A stretch of DNA of 64,000 nucleotides from Leidyana gryllorum EB-2025a (taxonomy: Eukaryota; Protista; Apicomplexa). The stretch spans positions 806,001 through 870,000 of the forward strand of contig JBLWGC010000230.1 in NCBI GenBank assembly GCA_048772705.1, written 5' to 3'. The notes beneath the pieces were generated by a model, which saw nothing but the letters and a program-made list of their open reading frames with translations, had not been told where the DNA came from and ran no database searches. This document shows positions 25,796-38,643 of the stretch, one piece after another (the stretch's first letter is position 1; each line of letters begins with the position of its first letter). The position numbers and the translations under genes were made by a program.

Positions 25796-27206
25796 ATGGG
25801 CACGCCGCGCGTCTTAAGTAGGCTCAAAAGCCGGCTGACCCGTAAACCAATTGAACACCCCACCTCCCGGTCATTGCCACCATCGACTCCACCTCCACCA
25901 CTTGAGACTCCTTTCGTCACTTCGGACTCTGAAAAGCAATTGTAAGTCCAGGGGCACCACGCATTCCAACACACTCCATCACAGATGTCCACCGTATGAA
26001 GACTTTGGCGCTGATGCATCTGCCTTGTTCAATCTGGACATTATAGAAGGCTGCCGCCTTGTCCTCACCTCACACTTTGGACGGGACTCGACCAAACCGG
26101 AGAACCCGGTTGGTCCTCTGGGCGAAAGCATCTTGTCTTACACCCTGAACCTTGGCACCTACCCCAAAGTTGGCAGCCAGGCGGACATCCTGCGAGCTCT
26201 GCTTCATCCGAATGCCAATGATGGGACAGATGGCTCCTCTAAGGGTGGCTCTACGTGGTCCACTCTCTTCCGTTGGGGGAGCTCCGGCGGCAAAGCCTCG
26301 CTTCTCGCTCGATATGCTTCGCGGACTGGCTTCGTTGACGGGAGAGCTGTGTGGAAGATGTGTGACTCCGTCACCATAAGGGGAAGTATGGTGTCACCCA
26401 CCTTTTTCACACATATGGGAGGGTTGCTGCGTTCTGCCTACCGGCCATGGGCTTTGAAACAGGCGATCAAAGAACTCGATTTCTCAAATGACATGGGATC
26501 TTTGGTTCTCGAACGTCACACCGAGGAGTCTAATCTCACTGCGCAAGTATCTTACCAAGATACACCGGTGTACAAGTTTGCGTATGCAAACTATCTCACT
26601 CGTCGACTCAATCTGGGAGGTGATCTGACGATTCTGGTATGTCGTCATGCCTTAACTGTTGATTGACTGTGTGCTCTCTCAGGGATCGAGTGGTGCGGTT
26701 TTGACCTCCTACGGGTTTCGGTGGTTGCAGGGGCAGAGTGCGGTAGCTGCGGCCGTTAGCTCGGGGCCTAACTTTGCTAAATCAATGGCCGAAGGACTCA
26801 AGGAGCGCGTTTATGGCTTGCGAGCATCTTATGTAAACAAGGTCAGACACGCTCTTATATGCTGCACGTGCTCGTATATTTCGCTTTCCGTTGCAGCTGA
26901 CTGATCGAATAGCGGTCAGTGGCGAAGTAGAAGCGCCTTTGTCGGATTTGAAGCGGACTGTTGGACGTCTGGTAAGGCGTTTGATACTGCTAATCAGCAG
27001 TACACACGTGTGTTTGGTAGGGGTATGAAGTGCAGTTTACACAAGCGAGGGTGATGGGGTGCTTGGATACCGATCTTAAACTACAAACCACTGTTGAAGA
27101 TATTGCAGGTTTGCAGTTGTCTGGTGAAATGGATTTCTCGCACGATAACTACAAGTTTGGGTTTGGATTCGAGTTGGTGCCCCAGAGGCGCTCTACCGAG
27201 AACTGA
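25796..27206 (+). CDS. TOM40: Mitochondrial outer-membrane import channel TOM40 (eukaryotic porin family)
   Basis: PPYEDFGADASALFNLDIIEGCRL, YANYLTRRLNLGGDL, GYEVQFTQARVMGCLDT; C-terminal beta-signal GEMDFSHDNYKFGFGFEL. Confidence 0.85.
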
Positions 27207-27256
27207 TTGATAGACAATGTACTCGTAAAAATTTGCAGCGAGGCGCTGGGCGCCAG

Positions 27257-30200
27257 ATGTCAGCCTACAAACTCCCATTCATAAAGAGCCTTGCCACAAA
27301 GTTCATCGAAGCTGGTACACGATGTGTTGCTGTAATCCATGCGCCTAATTCGGCGCCAGCATCATCAGCGCGGATTCAGGGGGCTGTTAATCAGACTGCT
27401 ACTACAGGGTCGAACAACGAAGAAGCTGGCCACTATGGACAGCCACCTCAACTTCGAACGGAGTACATTCGTTTTCGGTCGCCTGGTGGTCCACTGCTCC
27501 TGAATCATATACTCATAGTGCCGTCCGGGGCCACGATGTTGAACGGGACGATTGTTGGACAGACGAATCCGCTTCCTTCGCGATGCCGACTGGAGGCTTG
27601 GGCTTCGAATGCATTGACTGCAATGGTGGCACCTGACGATACAAACGCGCAGTTACGAGATGCTCTGATAGCTGCTGGCGAATTCCATCCTTTGCGTGAG
27701 TTGAATATTCGCGGCGATCAACTGACCTTGTGTTTGTCTCGTCAGAATTATCCGAGGGGAGTATTCCCGATTCTGTGGTCCTCGTACCGTGTTTGCAGAC
27801 ATTGGAGAAGGAGGCAGAGGCGATGGGTCAGCGTTTGACCGAGTTTCCCACACTGTTGTTGGCCGACTCTATAGTGATTCGAGGAGTGTTTGAGAAACTG
27901 ACGATTTGCGTCTTCGGAACCGAGATTCCGGAAGGGCCCAAGTACGCCATCGCAGCCGACAGGTGAGCCAAATGGATGGTTAAACAAATATCGACACCCC
28001 TATTCTGAATAACAGATTATGGGCTGCGCATCTAAGCGACGCCAAAGCTAAGCTGTTGTCTGGTGAACGGGAGCAGATGGCTCCATCGTTGCTGGGAATG
28101 GAGTACGCGCCCGAGGCCGACCCGCTACCAGAAGTCAATCCAGACAAATACATACGCGAATTCCTACAAGTTCCTGCCACCTCACCGACCCCTCCCACCG
28201 ACAAGAATACGGCAGGAGGCCGATTAGAAGACACTGGCTCGAGCGGGCAGCAGTCACAACTCCCATCCAATAGTTTCGACCCTATCGGCGAAGTACTCGT
28301 TGGGTTCAATGCCCTCAAGTCGGAAGGTTTCTCTGTATTGACGGTGGCTTTGGGCAAAGCCTTCGAAGTTGAGAACGTGGATTGGGGGAGTCCGGCCTTT
28401 GATCGTTACAGAGACGATATGGTGGAATTTGGAAAATGGGCTGTGCTCCCCGCTTATGTGGAGTACTCCAAAAGTGCCCAGACCTCCTCATCGAAATCGT
28501 CGTCCACGACCGAAACAAATAAAGTCAAATCAGTGGGAGTAGAGAAGACTTCTGCAACTCGTGTGGTTCGTCTATTCGACTTTGAAGCTGCTCAGAGCAA
28601 CGAAGCCACGTCCTCGTCTGCCAATAACAAAGATACGTCTAACGCAGCTCCTGCTGCCCCCAGTCAACGCAGAGCGGATGCTGCTGATTTCCCTCGCCAC
28701 GAAGCCCTCAGTACCTACTGGTCTGTGCCCCTGCAGAACCATGTGGCACTCTTGGATCTGATAACACGTTGGTGTGTGACTGATGAGCGAGCTCAATTTC
28801 TAGCTGCCGAGGGTGGCCTGGCTTTGTTGATGACGGTGGCTCTCAGAACGGAAGTTATCAACTTCAGACAATTAAAGGTGAGCGCGCCACACGCTGTGCG
28901 GCATATTGTCGTGTGTGTTGCGACACCGCACGCTCATCGGCGCTCGCAGTAGTCCACGCGCCCGGCTTTGATCTAATCAGTCGTTGTTGCAGATATCGAT
29001 ATTCACCCTACTGCACCGTATGGTTAGTCTAAGTCCTACAACGACCTTGTCGGAGAGCGTTAGAGAAGGACTTCACGAAGTGGCCGTGTCCGTGAGCAAT
29101 AGGGCGTCCCCTCCCGGTCCGGGAGAAGGTCGTCCATGGAGTGAGGAATTCCAAGAAGCTTTGAATGCAATACTGCGTGCTGCGCTGTTGACGTCAGCTG
29201 TGAACGAACTGTCGGAGATTGTTACCTCGAACCAAACCCGTGCCGAGTTACCTCCAGTTGATCAGCTGTTGAAGATCCGTCAAGGCATCACAATACTGGA
29301 AGCACTGATTGAGAAGCAACGACAAGGGGCAGAGGAGTGTTTGGATACAGCGCTGGGTACACGTTTGGAGCGAGGAAGGTTGGGCGGCAGAGGCTTATGC
29401 AGCCCGTTCCAAGTGTCACCACTTCTAGCCAGCCTTTTCAGAGCCAGCGACCTCCCTAATGACTTGTGTGCTTTAGTGGCCTCTCACCACCACGAAGAAG
29501 ACAGTTCATCACCCCCACTCGACCAGTCAGAACACAAGGAGCTTTGGTCAAATATAGCTTTGGAAGTCATTCAATTTATCCGGCTGCTGATCTTTGATGT
29601 GATCGGAGGTGCCGATTTCGTTTCTCAACGATCCATCTACGATCTTCTTCGGGCATATCGATGGGCCACTCCGGCTTCTTCACTGATCGACACGGACGAG
29701 CTCTTGATCTTCTTCTGTCTCCGGCATCACAATCTGCAAGGTCTGGCACTGGAAAAACACGAGGACTATTGGCGTACTCTCCGTTTGCTTTCAAGCCTTC
29801 CACAAGCTGCTCGGGCCTTTTCTGCGCACATAGCCACCGATCCCCAATGGACCGAAGCTCTCTTGGACAACATCGCCAAATTGGCTGACTCTAATCTTGG
29901 TCAAAGCGAGCGTCTTGTGACTCCGACGGCGTGTCTCGCGCTCGTATGCTCGTTATTGGAGTCCACCTCCACATCTGTGCATACCATACTGTGGCACACT
30001 CTGAGCCGCTTGAGCCCTCAGATTTTGAAGGCTCTACAGCTGACTGGAGAGCTTCAGTCACGAGCGGGAGTCAAGTGTTCAGAAGTGCCTGGACTCACCA
30101 AGAACTTGAGAGGATTTGGACAATATGTCCAGATGGTGGCGTCCGATCACAGTATACACGCCTTACTGAGCGTTCTTCACGAGTGAGTTAACGATCATTT

Positions 30201-33200
30201 CCCCCTCCGCAGCTCATCAGTCATTTGCTTCAGAATGCTCTCCCAACGGCAGTTGTTGCTGAACACCAACGTGCCGCCCGCGATTCTGAAAGCCGCGGGA
30301 TTGATTGACTCGTTGGAGACTGGTCGTCGCGCTAACGACATGGCGGTGGTAATGGGAGGATTTGAGCCCTCTAATGGAGTGGTTCTGCCAGAAGTCTTTC
30401 GGAACGTCACTCGGGCAGAAGAAGTGGGGAAGATTCGGGGAACCCTACTGATTGAGGAAGAGGAGGACCGCGTTCCCACAAGTGTTGTCCTGGTTTGCTT
30501 ATGGCGAGGTCTGCAGTTCTGTTTGAACCTCATCAAAGCTGCCCGGTACAATGCTGGACGCGTGTTGGTGCCGATTGGGGCTGCTGACGAGGGAGCAGAC
30601 GACCCTTTGGGTCTGACTCTGAACTACCTGAATGAGCAATGTAACTCGATGATGGTGGAGGTAGCTGTGAAGGGTATGATGTTGGTAACCCGCGAAATCG
30701 TCAGCAGCGATTGGGAGCTCGTTGAGGAGGTGGAGAACATTGTTTCCGGTGCCAATAGAGAAGGCAAACTGACCCATCCGCTGTGTCTCCAGGCCGCTCG
30801 TTGTTGTGTGCGAGTATTGAGTGAGTTGTTGTTTGCGGACGGTGGGTCTTCGTCTTCTTCTCCGTCGCACCACAAGCTGACGGCAGAGGCTCTTCCGTTG
30901 TCGTCGGGGTATCCTGGGCCTAAGGCAACGGCGGGAGGATTGAATCCGAATGCTTCGAGTGCGAATGCGACTATCCCCGGGCCGAATGGCACTGCGGCGG
31001 CGTCTGCAGGGAGTATGGGCGCCACACGTCACTTCGGCCACATCAGTCCCCACCGAACTGTGGTCAATGTGAGGCTTTTCAGAACTTTGATGGCAACACT
31101 CCATCGATTAAGTATAGCAATGAACATGGCGAAGACCGTTAAAGAGAACGAGAAGGTTCAGGAGTTGTATAGAGAGGTTATGGGCTTGATACAATTGTGG
31201 CACACCCGGGGTGATGAGCTAACAAAGCGGTGGATGTTGAAGGAAGTTCTGAACAATGCGCGCGGCATAGCGCCTCTTCAGTTGGTTGGGCTGCATGTTC
31301 TCGAAGCTTTGGGGCTCCGAGCGTTTGGAATGCTCAAACAAAGCATCAGCGGTCTCAACTTTAGTGTGGTGCGGGCGTCTCACCCGCCCCCCTTGTTGCC
31401 GCTCCATCTGTCATCTTATAACTTGGCAGCATTGGAAGCGACTCTCGACACTGCATTCTTTTCGACCACTGTCACATTGTCAGCGCCGAGCGAAGTGACA
31501 GAACTGAGCAGTGTGTTTCCGAGTCTGTTGAAGGTCAATGGCGTCAGTCCCGGTGCTCCCGAGAACCGAGCTTACATTTGCTGTCACATACCGAGTGCCA
31601 ACTTTGCCGCCACAGACAATAGGCACATCTGTCTCACGGCCAATCTACGGGAACCTTTTTCGGTGGCAGTCTTCCCCACTATAGACAACGGGTCTGTCAG
31701 CATGGAGCCCAAGGGGGACGAGCCCGCTTGGGACGCTGTTTTCGACAAACTCACCAAGAAGGTCCGAGATCACGTCAATATACATCAATGGGTGAGTGAG
31801 AGTTGGCAGCGTGACGACATTGTCTCATTTCCCTTTCGCAGAAACTGATCCAAGCCACGACACTGGAATTCGATGTTTTGGTGGACTTTCTCCATAGACT
31901 CGTCATTGGCATCACTGACAGTCGCAGCCCTCTCTACAGTGCTTCGATGGCGGTGTTGGTTCCGGCTTTGGTGGACGCTGAACTGCCCTTCCTCCAGTTG
32001 GTGGCAGAGAGGTTCACAATGTTGGCAGAAAGAGCTCTCGAGAAGGCACTTCAGACTGAAGAAGCTTCTTCAGCCACCGTCGCCGAAGCCACAAACGATC
32101 TTTTGGCCGTATTGGGACGCCTCAATAAGACTGCTTACTTCCTTTCCTTAACTCCGAGGCTCCTTGGCCCCTTATTCGCCTCCCAACCGGACGCTGTGTG
32201 GTGTGGCACCATCCTCAAGGCCTTAGCCCGAGGTCTCCAGCACATCGATCGGCGAGCCACCGATGGCTCACTCACCAGTGTGGAACATCTGCGCTTACCC
32301 GACTGCCGTGACGGTCTCTTCGCCACACTCAAATGTTTGACGCTTCTCTATCGATCGTTGCTACAAGCGATCCAGGATCAACGACAGATGGCCAACGCCT
32401 TTACCCTTCTGAGCGTTACGCGGAACATTCTCATCGGTATACTGCGCTTCACACACGTTCTTTGCTGCACGTGCGAAGTCAGCGATCTCTCAGAAGAGGC
32501 GCTCAGAGCGTTCAACGAAGTGTTACAACTCATCCAAGAGTGTCTCAAGTGTCCCTTTGTCAAACAGCTGATGGCTCTTGACATGACAGAAGAGGTCATC
32601 GACTGCGTGTCGCAAGCCATCTTTGCGGACGTGATGCCGTCAGAGTCCTCCAAACCAATAGTTGCCACTTTCAGTTCCGTCGGATCGATCGAAAGACTGA
32701 TCAAAACGATCATTGCGTTCGGGAAACAAACCGATCTCTCCCAAGACAAGCGACAATTGGCCTACGGGCTTCTGGAACTCGTTGTCGGAACACTGAGAGA
32801 ACTTGCCAACCACAGCCGAGAGCTCCCAGCCATATTCATCTCCAATCTGCTGCTGGGCTTCGATACGATCCACACCAAATCCAAATCGGCCCAGGCAGCA
32901 ATGACGGGAGCCGATCTACTGGCCGATGGAGGCTCCAACACCTTGGAGGGCGGGGGATCACGAGGGCTCGGAGAAGACATTCTGGCATTCGAGAGCGAAC
33001 TCAAACCTCTTATTTCCAATTACGCTGACCCGGAGACCCGGTCGACACTTTTATCCACTCTGGAAGATGTCCTCAGTGTTCTCGCCAGCAAAGTGCGCTC
33101 GATCGGTGCACAAGAGTTGGAGCACGCGCAAACGGTAAGCAGCGGCCGGTAATTTAGTCTCCCAAATGTCACCTCTCCTCCAGAATGTTCCCACATACCT

Positions 33201-34412
33201 CCTTTGGGTACCACCGAATGGACACTCACGTCCTCTGGAAGTCTATGGGGGATTGACTCGGGAGAAACTAGTCGAGCTGTTCACGGTCAACCGGAACGTC
33301 GCCCTCCCGAGTGTAACACTCCACGTTCCCGTCCTCAACGAAGAAGACAAAGAGAACGCGTGGCTCGAGAATCCGGTTGCCATCCGGCGACTCAACCAGG
33401 TGAGAGAGAAACTTCAGTGTCTGAGCTCCGTGTGACGCCTCATTGTTCCCTGTCTCTCGTCAGCCTCCCATCAAAGTGCCCACTCTGCTCGGCCAAGAAA
33501 GTCTGCCTCTTCGGATAGAGATGGAGAACTACGAGGACGCCGAAGCAGTTGCAGCGGGAGAAACTCGTCAAAAGCGGAGTGTTTCGGCCAAAGCCGCACG
33601 CTACGCCATGAATGATCCCAACGCCCAGCAACAGGAAGAAGCACAGACCCCGTCGGTCGCAGGCTCCGCTGTGTCGAACGCTCCCCAATTCCATCCCATT
33701 CCTCAGCTTCCGCCTTCGGTGGTCGACAGAGGACCGCCAGCAGCACCTGGAGCCAACATCATGGATGATTGGGGCGCCTTCACCTCACAGGCTGCGGTTC
33801 TGACCCGCCCGCCACCACAAATGATGCCCCAACATGGAATGCCGCCCAATCAGGGGATGCCAGGGATGCCACCTCAGAACATGCCCCCCCCTCAGATGCA
33901 TCAACAGCCACCACCAATGGGACAGGGACCACCTCCAGGAATGTTGCCACCTCCCTCCATGGGAGGCAACCATCATCCGCCCCAAGGACCCAGACCCGGC
34001 ATGTACGGAATGGCTCCAGAGATGAACAACCAACCCGGAATGGTTGATATGAGGGGACAGCCTCCATCCGGCATGGCTGGTCCGCCTGGAATCGCTGGTC
34101 CACCTGGAATGACCGGGCCGCCGGGTATGGGGGGCCCTGGTGGGGCTGGTCCTACTCAAGATCAGTTTGGACAACTGATGGCTATCCCCGAGTTCCGCGA
34201 GTTCCTCCACGCTGGAGAACGCGTTGGCCTGAATGTGCTCGAATGCTTCCGAGTAAGCAATCCCCTGTCTGTTCGGTCGTACACACAGCTCTCTCTTTTT
34301 TCAGAACCCTGCTTTGCTCCACGATCCTGACAGGAAACAGAAGTTCATTGGACTTCTCACCAGCCACCCGGCCATTTCTGGACTCTTCCAGTCCCTTGGT
34401 TTCAATATTTGA
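27257..34412 (+). CDS. VIR: Virilizer/VIRMA homologue (m6A writer scaffold subunit)
   Basis: N-terminal VIR_N-like motifs EYIRFRSP..LLLNHILIVPSG..VGQTNP..RLEAWASN..ADSIVIRGVFEKLTICVFG; a long helical (ARM-like) body of about 2000 aa; a Pro/Gly/Met-rich tail; a final helical segment FRNPALLHDPDRKQKFIGLLTSHPAISGLFQSLG resembling the plant VIR C-terminus. Confidence 0.78.
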
Positions 34413-34419
34413 AAAGAGA

Positions 34420-35732
34420 ATGAATCCTAGCGATAGTCTGCGCCGATTCGTCGCTCAAGCTGTGTGCCAGCTTCTTATGTGTACCGATTATTGTGACAAC
34501 AGATCACCCATAACTCAAACATCATTTCGACCCACTTGGAAACGATTTGAAGACCTTACACGAGGTCAGCTCAGAAGTTGTGTGCTCGTGTGTGTGTACT
34601 GTGCAGGTTGACTCAGTGTTTCTGCTCTGTGACCAACTGCTGCAGTTGGCTGATCAGAATGAGACTGTGCCGTTGCGGGGACTATACTACCGAGTTGCCA
34701 ACTTATTCAAAGTAAGACACACACGTGTGGGCGAAGATGGCTCGGAAACAATGTGTATAGGGTCAAGCCCAGTGCAATGCAATGCTGTCCAGTAAGTTAT
34801 TCATACGGAAGAGGTGATGAAGATCGATTATCCGAGCAGAAATCTTGTCAGCGGCGGGGTGTAGGTCTCGTGAGCAACTTGGGGTGATGGCAGCTGCCCG
34901 CGGCTTAGTGTGTGGAGCGATAGTGTTGGAGAACAGGAACTCCGGGTCTGCCTTAGAAAGTCAGGAGGTGCTGATTGATCATCATCTGGCGACGGTAGCC
35001 CGAATTTCGTTGTCAGCGTGTGCCAAGCCTGTGATACTGGTCGTAGAGAAAGTGACTATCTTCCGTGTGCTCCGCAGCGCTTTGCATCAGGCGAATCTGC
35101 TGAACAGTATTGTCGTAGTCTCAGGTAGCGGTCAGCCGGATTTGGCCACACGGCAATTCCTCCATCGACTGCACACCACTTATAGTGAGGCCATCTTTGC
35201 CTACTTGGGGGACTGGGATCCCCACGGACTCATGATTTACCTCACCTACCGGGACGGACCAATGAGACAGGGCCATGTCCTGGGTGCGGACGAAATAGGT
35301 GAGCGACTGGACTATATGCGTGCGAGCAATGTACCCATTCACGCAGGGTTGTCTCGGCTTGAATGGTTGGGACTGCAGTACGTGGATTTGGTGGAGGCGG
35401 AGACAATCGCCTGGCTGCAATTGACAGAAAGAGACCTTCAGCTGCTCCAAACCATCAGTCGGCGATGTGATAGCCTCGGGCAGAGCAAGCAGCAGCAGAC
35501 ACAAGAGGACGACGAAGGATATGAATTCACTTTCCAACACTCGCGCAAGCGAGTTTACGCCTTGGAGGAGTGGACAGCGCCAGACTGGGCTGGGAATGTG
35601 ACTAAAGAGTGCAACATGATGACGGAGACGCGGCGAAAATGTGAGTTGGAAGCTGTGAGCACTGAGTGGTTGGTCGAAAAGGTGAGGTCCATGATGCCAG
35701 CGGTGAGGAAGGTGCGAAAGTTTTTGGCATAA
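34420..35732 (+). CDS. SPO11: Meiotic recombination protein SPO11 / topoisomerase VI subunit A family
   Basis: Spliced: KRFEDLTRVFLLCDQLLQLADQNETVPLRGLYY (catalytic Tyr), FKGQAQCNAMLSKI..REQLGVMAAARGLV, TOPRIM ILVVEK, GQPDLATRQFL, GDWDPHG (DxD), LEWLGL, KCELEAV. Confidence 0.93.
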
Positions 35733-35733
35733 A

Positions 35734-38503
35734 ATGCTGAATGGGCCGCCTGGAGGAGGAGGGAATGGAGCTTCGTCTTGCCGAGTGACACACTTTCAAC
35801 TCAAGCGTGAACGAGTTGTGGAGGTGTCCCGATTGATTGCCTCTCTCTTTAGTCATGGTCGAAGTGCTAATGACGAAACACCTCCGGGAGAAGGTCTGAA
35901 GGAGCTGGTGGGCGAGTTGGTGGAGATAAACGCGCTGGGGGGCAAGAACGAGGACGGGAAAGTCCCATGGAGCGTGAAAGACCGGGCGTATCGAAGCTGT
36001 TCGAATGATAGGAGAGTACAAGAAGCTTTGTTAGCCTTCTTCATTTTGCGGTCCATTGAACTTGAGCTTCAACAGACTGCCATAGAGGGGCCGCCGCCTC
36101 AGAAGAAACGTCGTGTGGAGCGAAATCCTTTGTTCCGATTGCCGTGCTCTGAAGCAGCATTAGGATCTTATTTCCATCGGTTCTGCCTTGAACTATTCTC
36201 AGTCAAGGTTTTGCCGGGGGTCTCAATCGTCGACTTAATAGACAGGGCACTGCCAACTACCGATCAGCAAAGACTGAACAGATTTCAATTGCCTCCCAGC
36301 TTTGTTCACGAGTTTCAGGCTCGTATCAATGTTGGTCTTATACTCACTCAGTGGGAGCGGAAGCGTCTGGTCATCCTGCATCGCCCAACACAACACACTG
36401 GCGACGAACATCTTGGCATTGTCCTCACCTCTGTCTCAAGACCTGGACTGACACAGCTTCTAACGCAAGCCCTAAGTGAAGTCGCCGGTGCTGTTCAACG
36501 TCCCATCGCCAGTCCAGCTGTCTCCATCTTCCATACCACCGATGCGAGACCAACCGCTCCGGTGGCGCCGGGTGCTTCAACTGTACCCCAACCCACGGGG
36601 CCTGTTCCACCTCCCCCACCCCCTCCGCCGGACGGAATGGCGATGGGGGCGCCCGGAGCGACAGGTGATCTGGCGACAGCCACCGCGAACGCAACAAACT
36701 CCGCCATGATTCGTAAATGTCTCGAAGCCGCTACTGTAGCTGAGGTAAGCTCTACAAGGTGTGACTGTAAGCGTGAGGGAGACGCCCACACACGTGTGTG
36801 CCGCAGCGATTCGTGCACCGCACCGCAGAGCTCGGTGTTTCCCTCAACTTGTGTGTATCTGCTTCGTAATAGGGAGAGTGGATGTACATTTTGACCCGTC
36901 GCAGACCCTACAGGGCAAGATAGCTATGACCGCGCTACAAGATACTCGAGACGACAAAGTTGAGAGCGACCTCGGTGATGACTCACCGGGTGAAAGTATG
37001 AGTCTGAAGACAATATTAGTATCGCCAACGGTGGGGGACTTATTAACACGCACACAGTTGATACCTTCACGGATTGACCATCGATTCGGTCTGTTACGGT
37101 ATTGTTCCTTTCCTAATCGTGATGCGTGTACGGCTTCGAGAAGATGTCGGAACGTTCACTATCGTAAACTGATTCAGGGGCACACAGGTGAGAAAAGTTG
37201 TTGATGAGAAGTTCAGACGGATTTGTGGCAGATCTCTCATTGGGTGACTGTTCCTACCTGGACACATGTCGCCATATATTCAGCTGCAAGTTTGTGCATT
37301 ATGCTGTGGATTTGACTCCCGAAGAGCGTAGTGTGGTGGTCAATAATCCATTGTTCCGTCACCGGGCTGTGTTGTTGAATCAGTTTGACGTATTGGAACG
37401 ATCAAGAGACAGGTACGGTTGATTGATTTGTGTGATAGATTCCAGGTGGTGTATGAGAGTGTTATCTGCCTCTCTTTCTCTTTCTTTGTCTCTCTCCCTG
37501 TCGACGTGCTATGAGTGGTTTCTGTTTTCAGTTTACGCCTTTTGTCGTTACCGACGTCTGACGACGAGTCTGCGCCCGTTGAGGAGCAAGTTGAGTCTTG
37601 GTTCGAGGAAGGGGTGATACGAACGCTGGATAAAAATCCGGTGCCTCCTCAGTGGATTCGTTGTGATATGCGGTGGGTTTGTTGTTGCTTTGTCTTAAGA
37701 ACACTCGTTTCGGGGAGCAGATCTTTGGATTTGGGGATCTTCAAGGGAGTGGTATCGGTGGTGATGGCCGATCCGCCTTGGGATATTCGGATGGACTTGC
37801 CGTATGGAACGATGACAGACAATGAGATGCGTAATTTGAGGGTGGATTTGATCCAAGACGAGGGTCTGCTATTTCTGTGGGTGACTGGTAGAGCGATGGA
37901 GATAGCTCGAGACTGCATGGCGGCGTGGGGTTATCGAAGAGTAGATGAGTTGGTGTGGGTGAAAACCAATCACCTTCATCGAATTATCCGGACAGGAAGA
38001 ACAGGTCATTGGCTGAATCATTCCAAGGTAGGACTGATTCTGAAGAAACTGTGTGTCACAGCTCTTTTTAGGAACACTGTTTGATTGGCATCAAGGGTAA
38101 TCCGAACATCAACAGGAACGTTGATTGCGATGTGATTGTGAGCGAAGTCCGTGAAACCAGTCGGAAGCCCGATGAGATATACCGCCTCATCGAGCGAATG
38201 TGTCCAGATGGTCTGAAACTGGAACTATTTGGCCGTCAGCATAATCTGCGCCAAAACTGGATCACACTCGGCAACCAATTGGACGGAGTTAGTCTCCAAA
38301 CCCCTCAGCTCATCAAGGCCTTCAAGCAACACAAGAAGGGAATGCGTCAAGTGCGAGCAGAGGAAGCCCAGAGACTTGCAGCAGCGGAAGCAAAGAAGGG
38401 CAATGCAACATCTCAGCAGCTCTTACATCCAGCAAGCGCCGTCGGCATGCCTTCCTACTCCAGCACACCAGCCCTCACACCCATAGCGGAATTGGGAGCT
38501 TAG
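35734..38503 (+). CDS. METTL3: mRNA N6-adenosine methyltransferase catalytic subunit (MT-A70 / METTL3 / IME4)
   Basis: Two CCCH fingers (YCSFPNRDAC..CRNVHY; GDCSYLDTCRH..CKFVHY), PPQWIRCDMR, VVMADPPWDI (DPPW), [55 protein letters not shown]. Confidence 0.97.
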
Positions 38504-38643
38504 CATTGTGATGTAAAATAAGACAGATTGGGTCTTCCTCTCCCTTTCTCTCTCTTTCTGTCTGTGTGTCTTGATCCATCAATCAATCAATCAACAAAAG
38601 CATCAACTACTTAATCAATCTCCTGATCTATTATTGACTTTCT

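Noticed and set aside
34420-34620. Apparent frameshift or pseudogenisation in SPO11 exons 1-2
   Set aside because: Using the acceptor gactcag|TG (~34616) restores the frame (DLTR-VFLLCD), so the gene appears intact.
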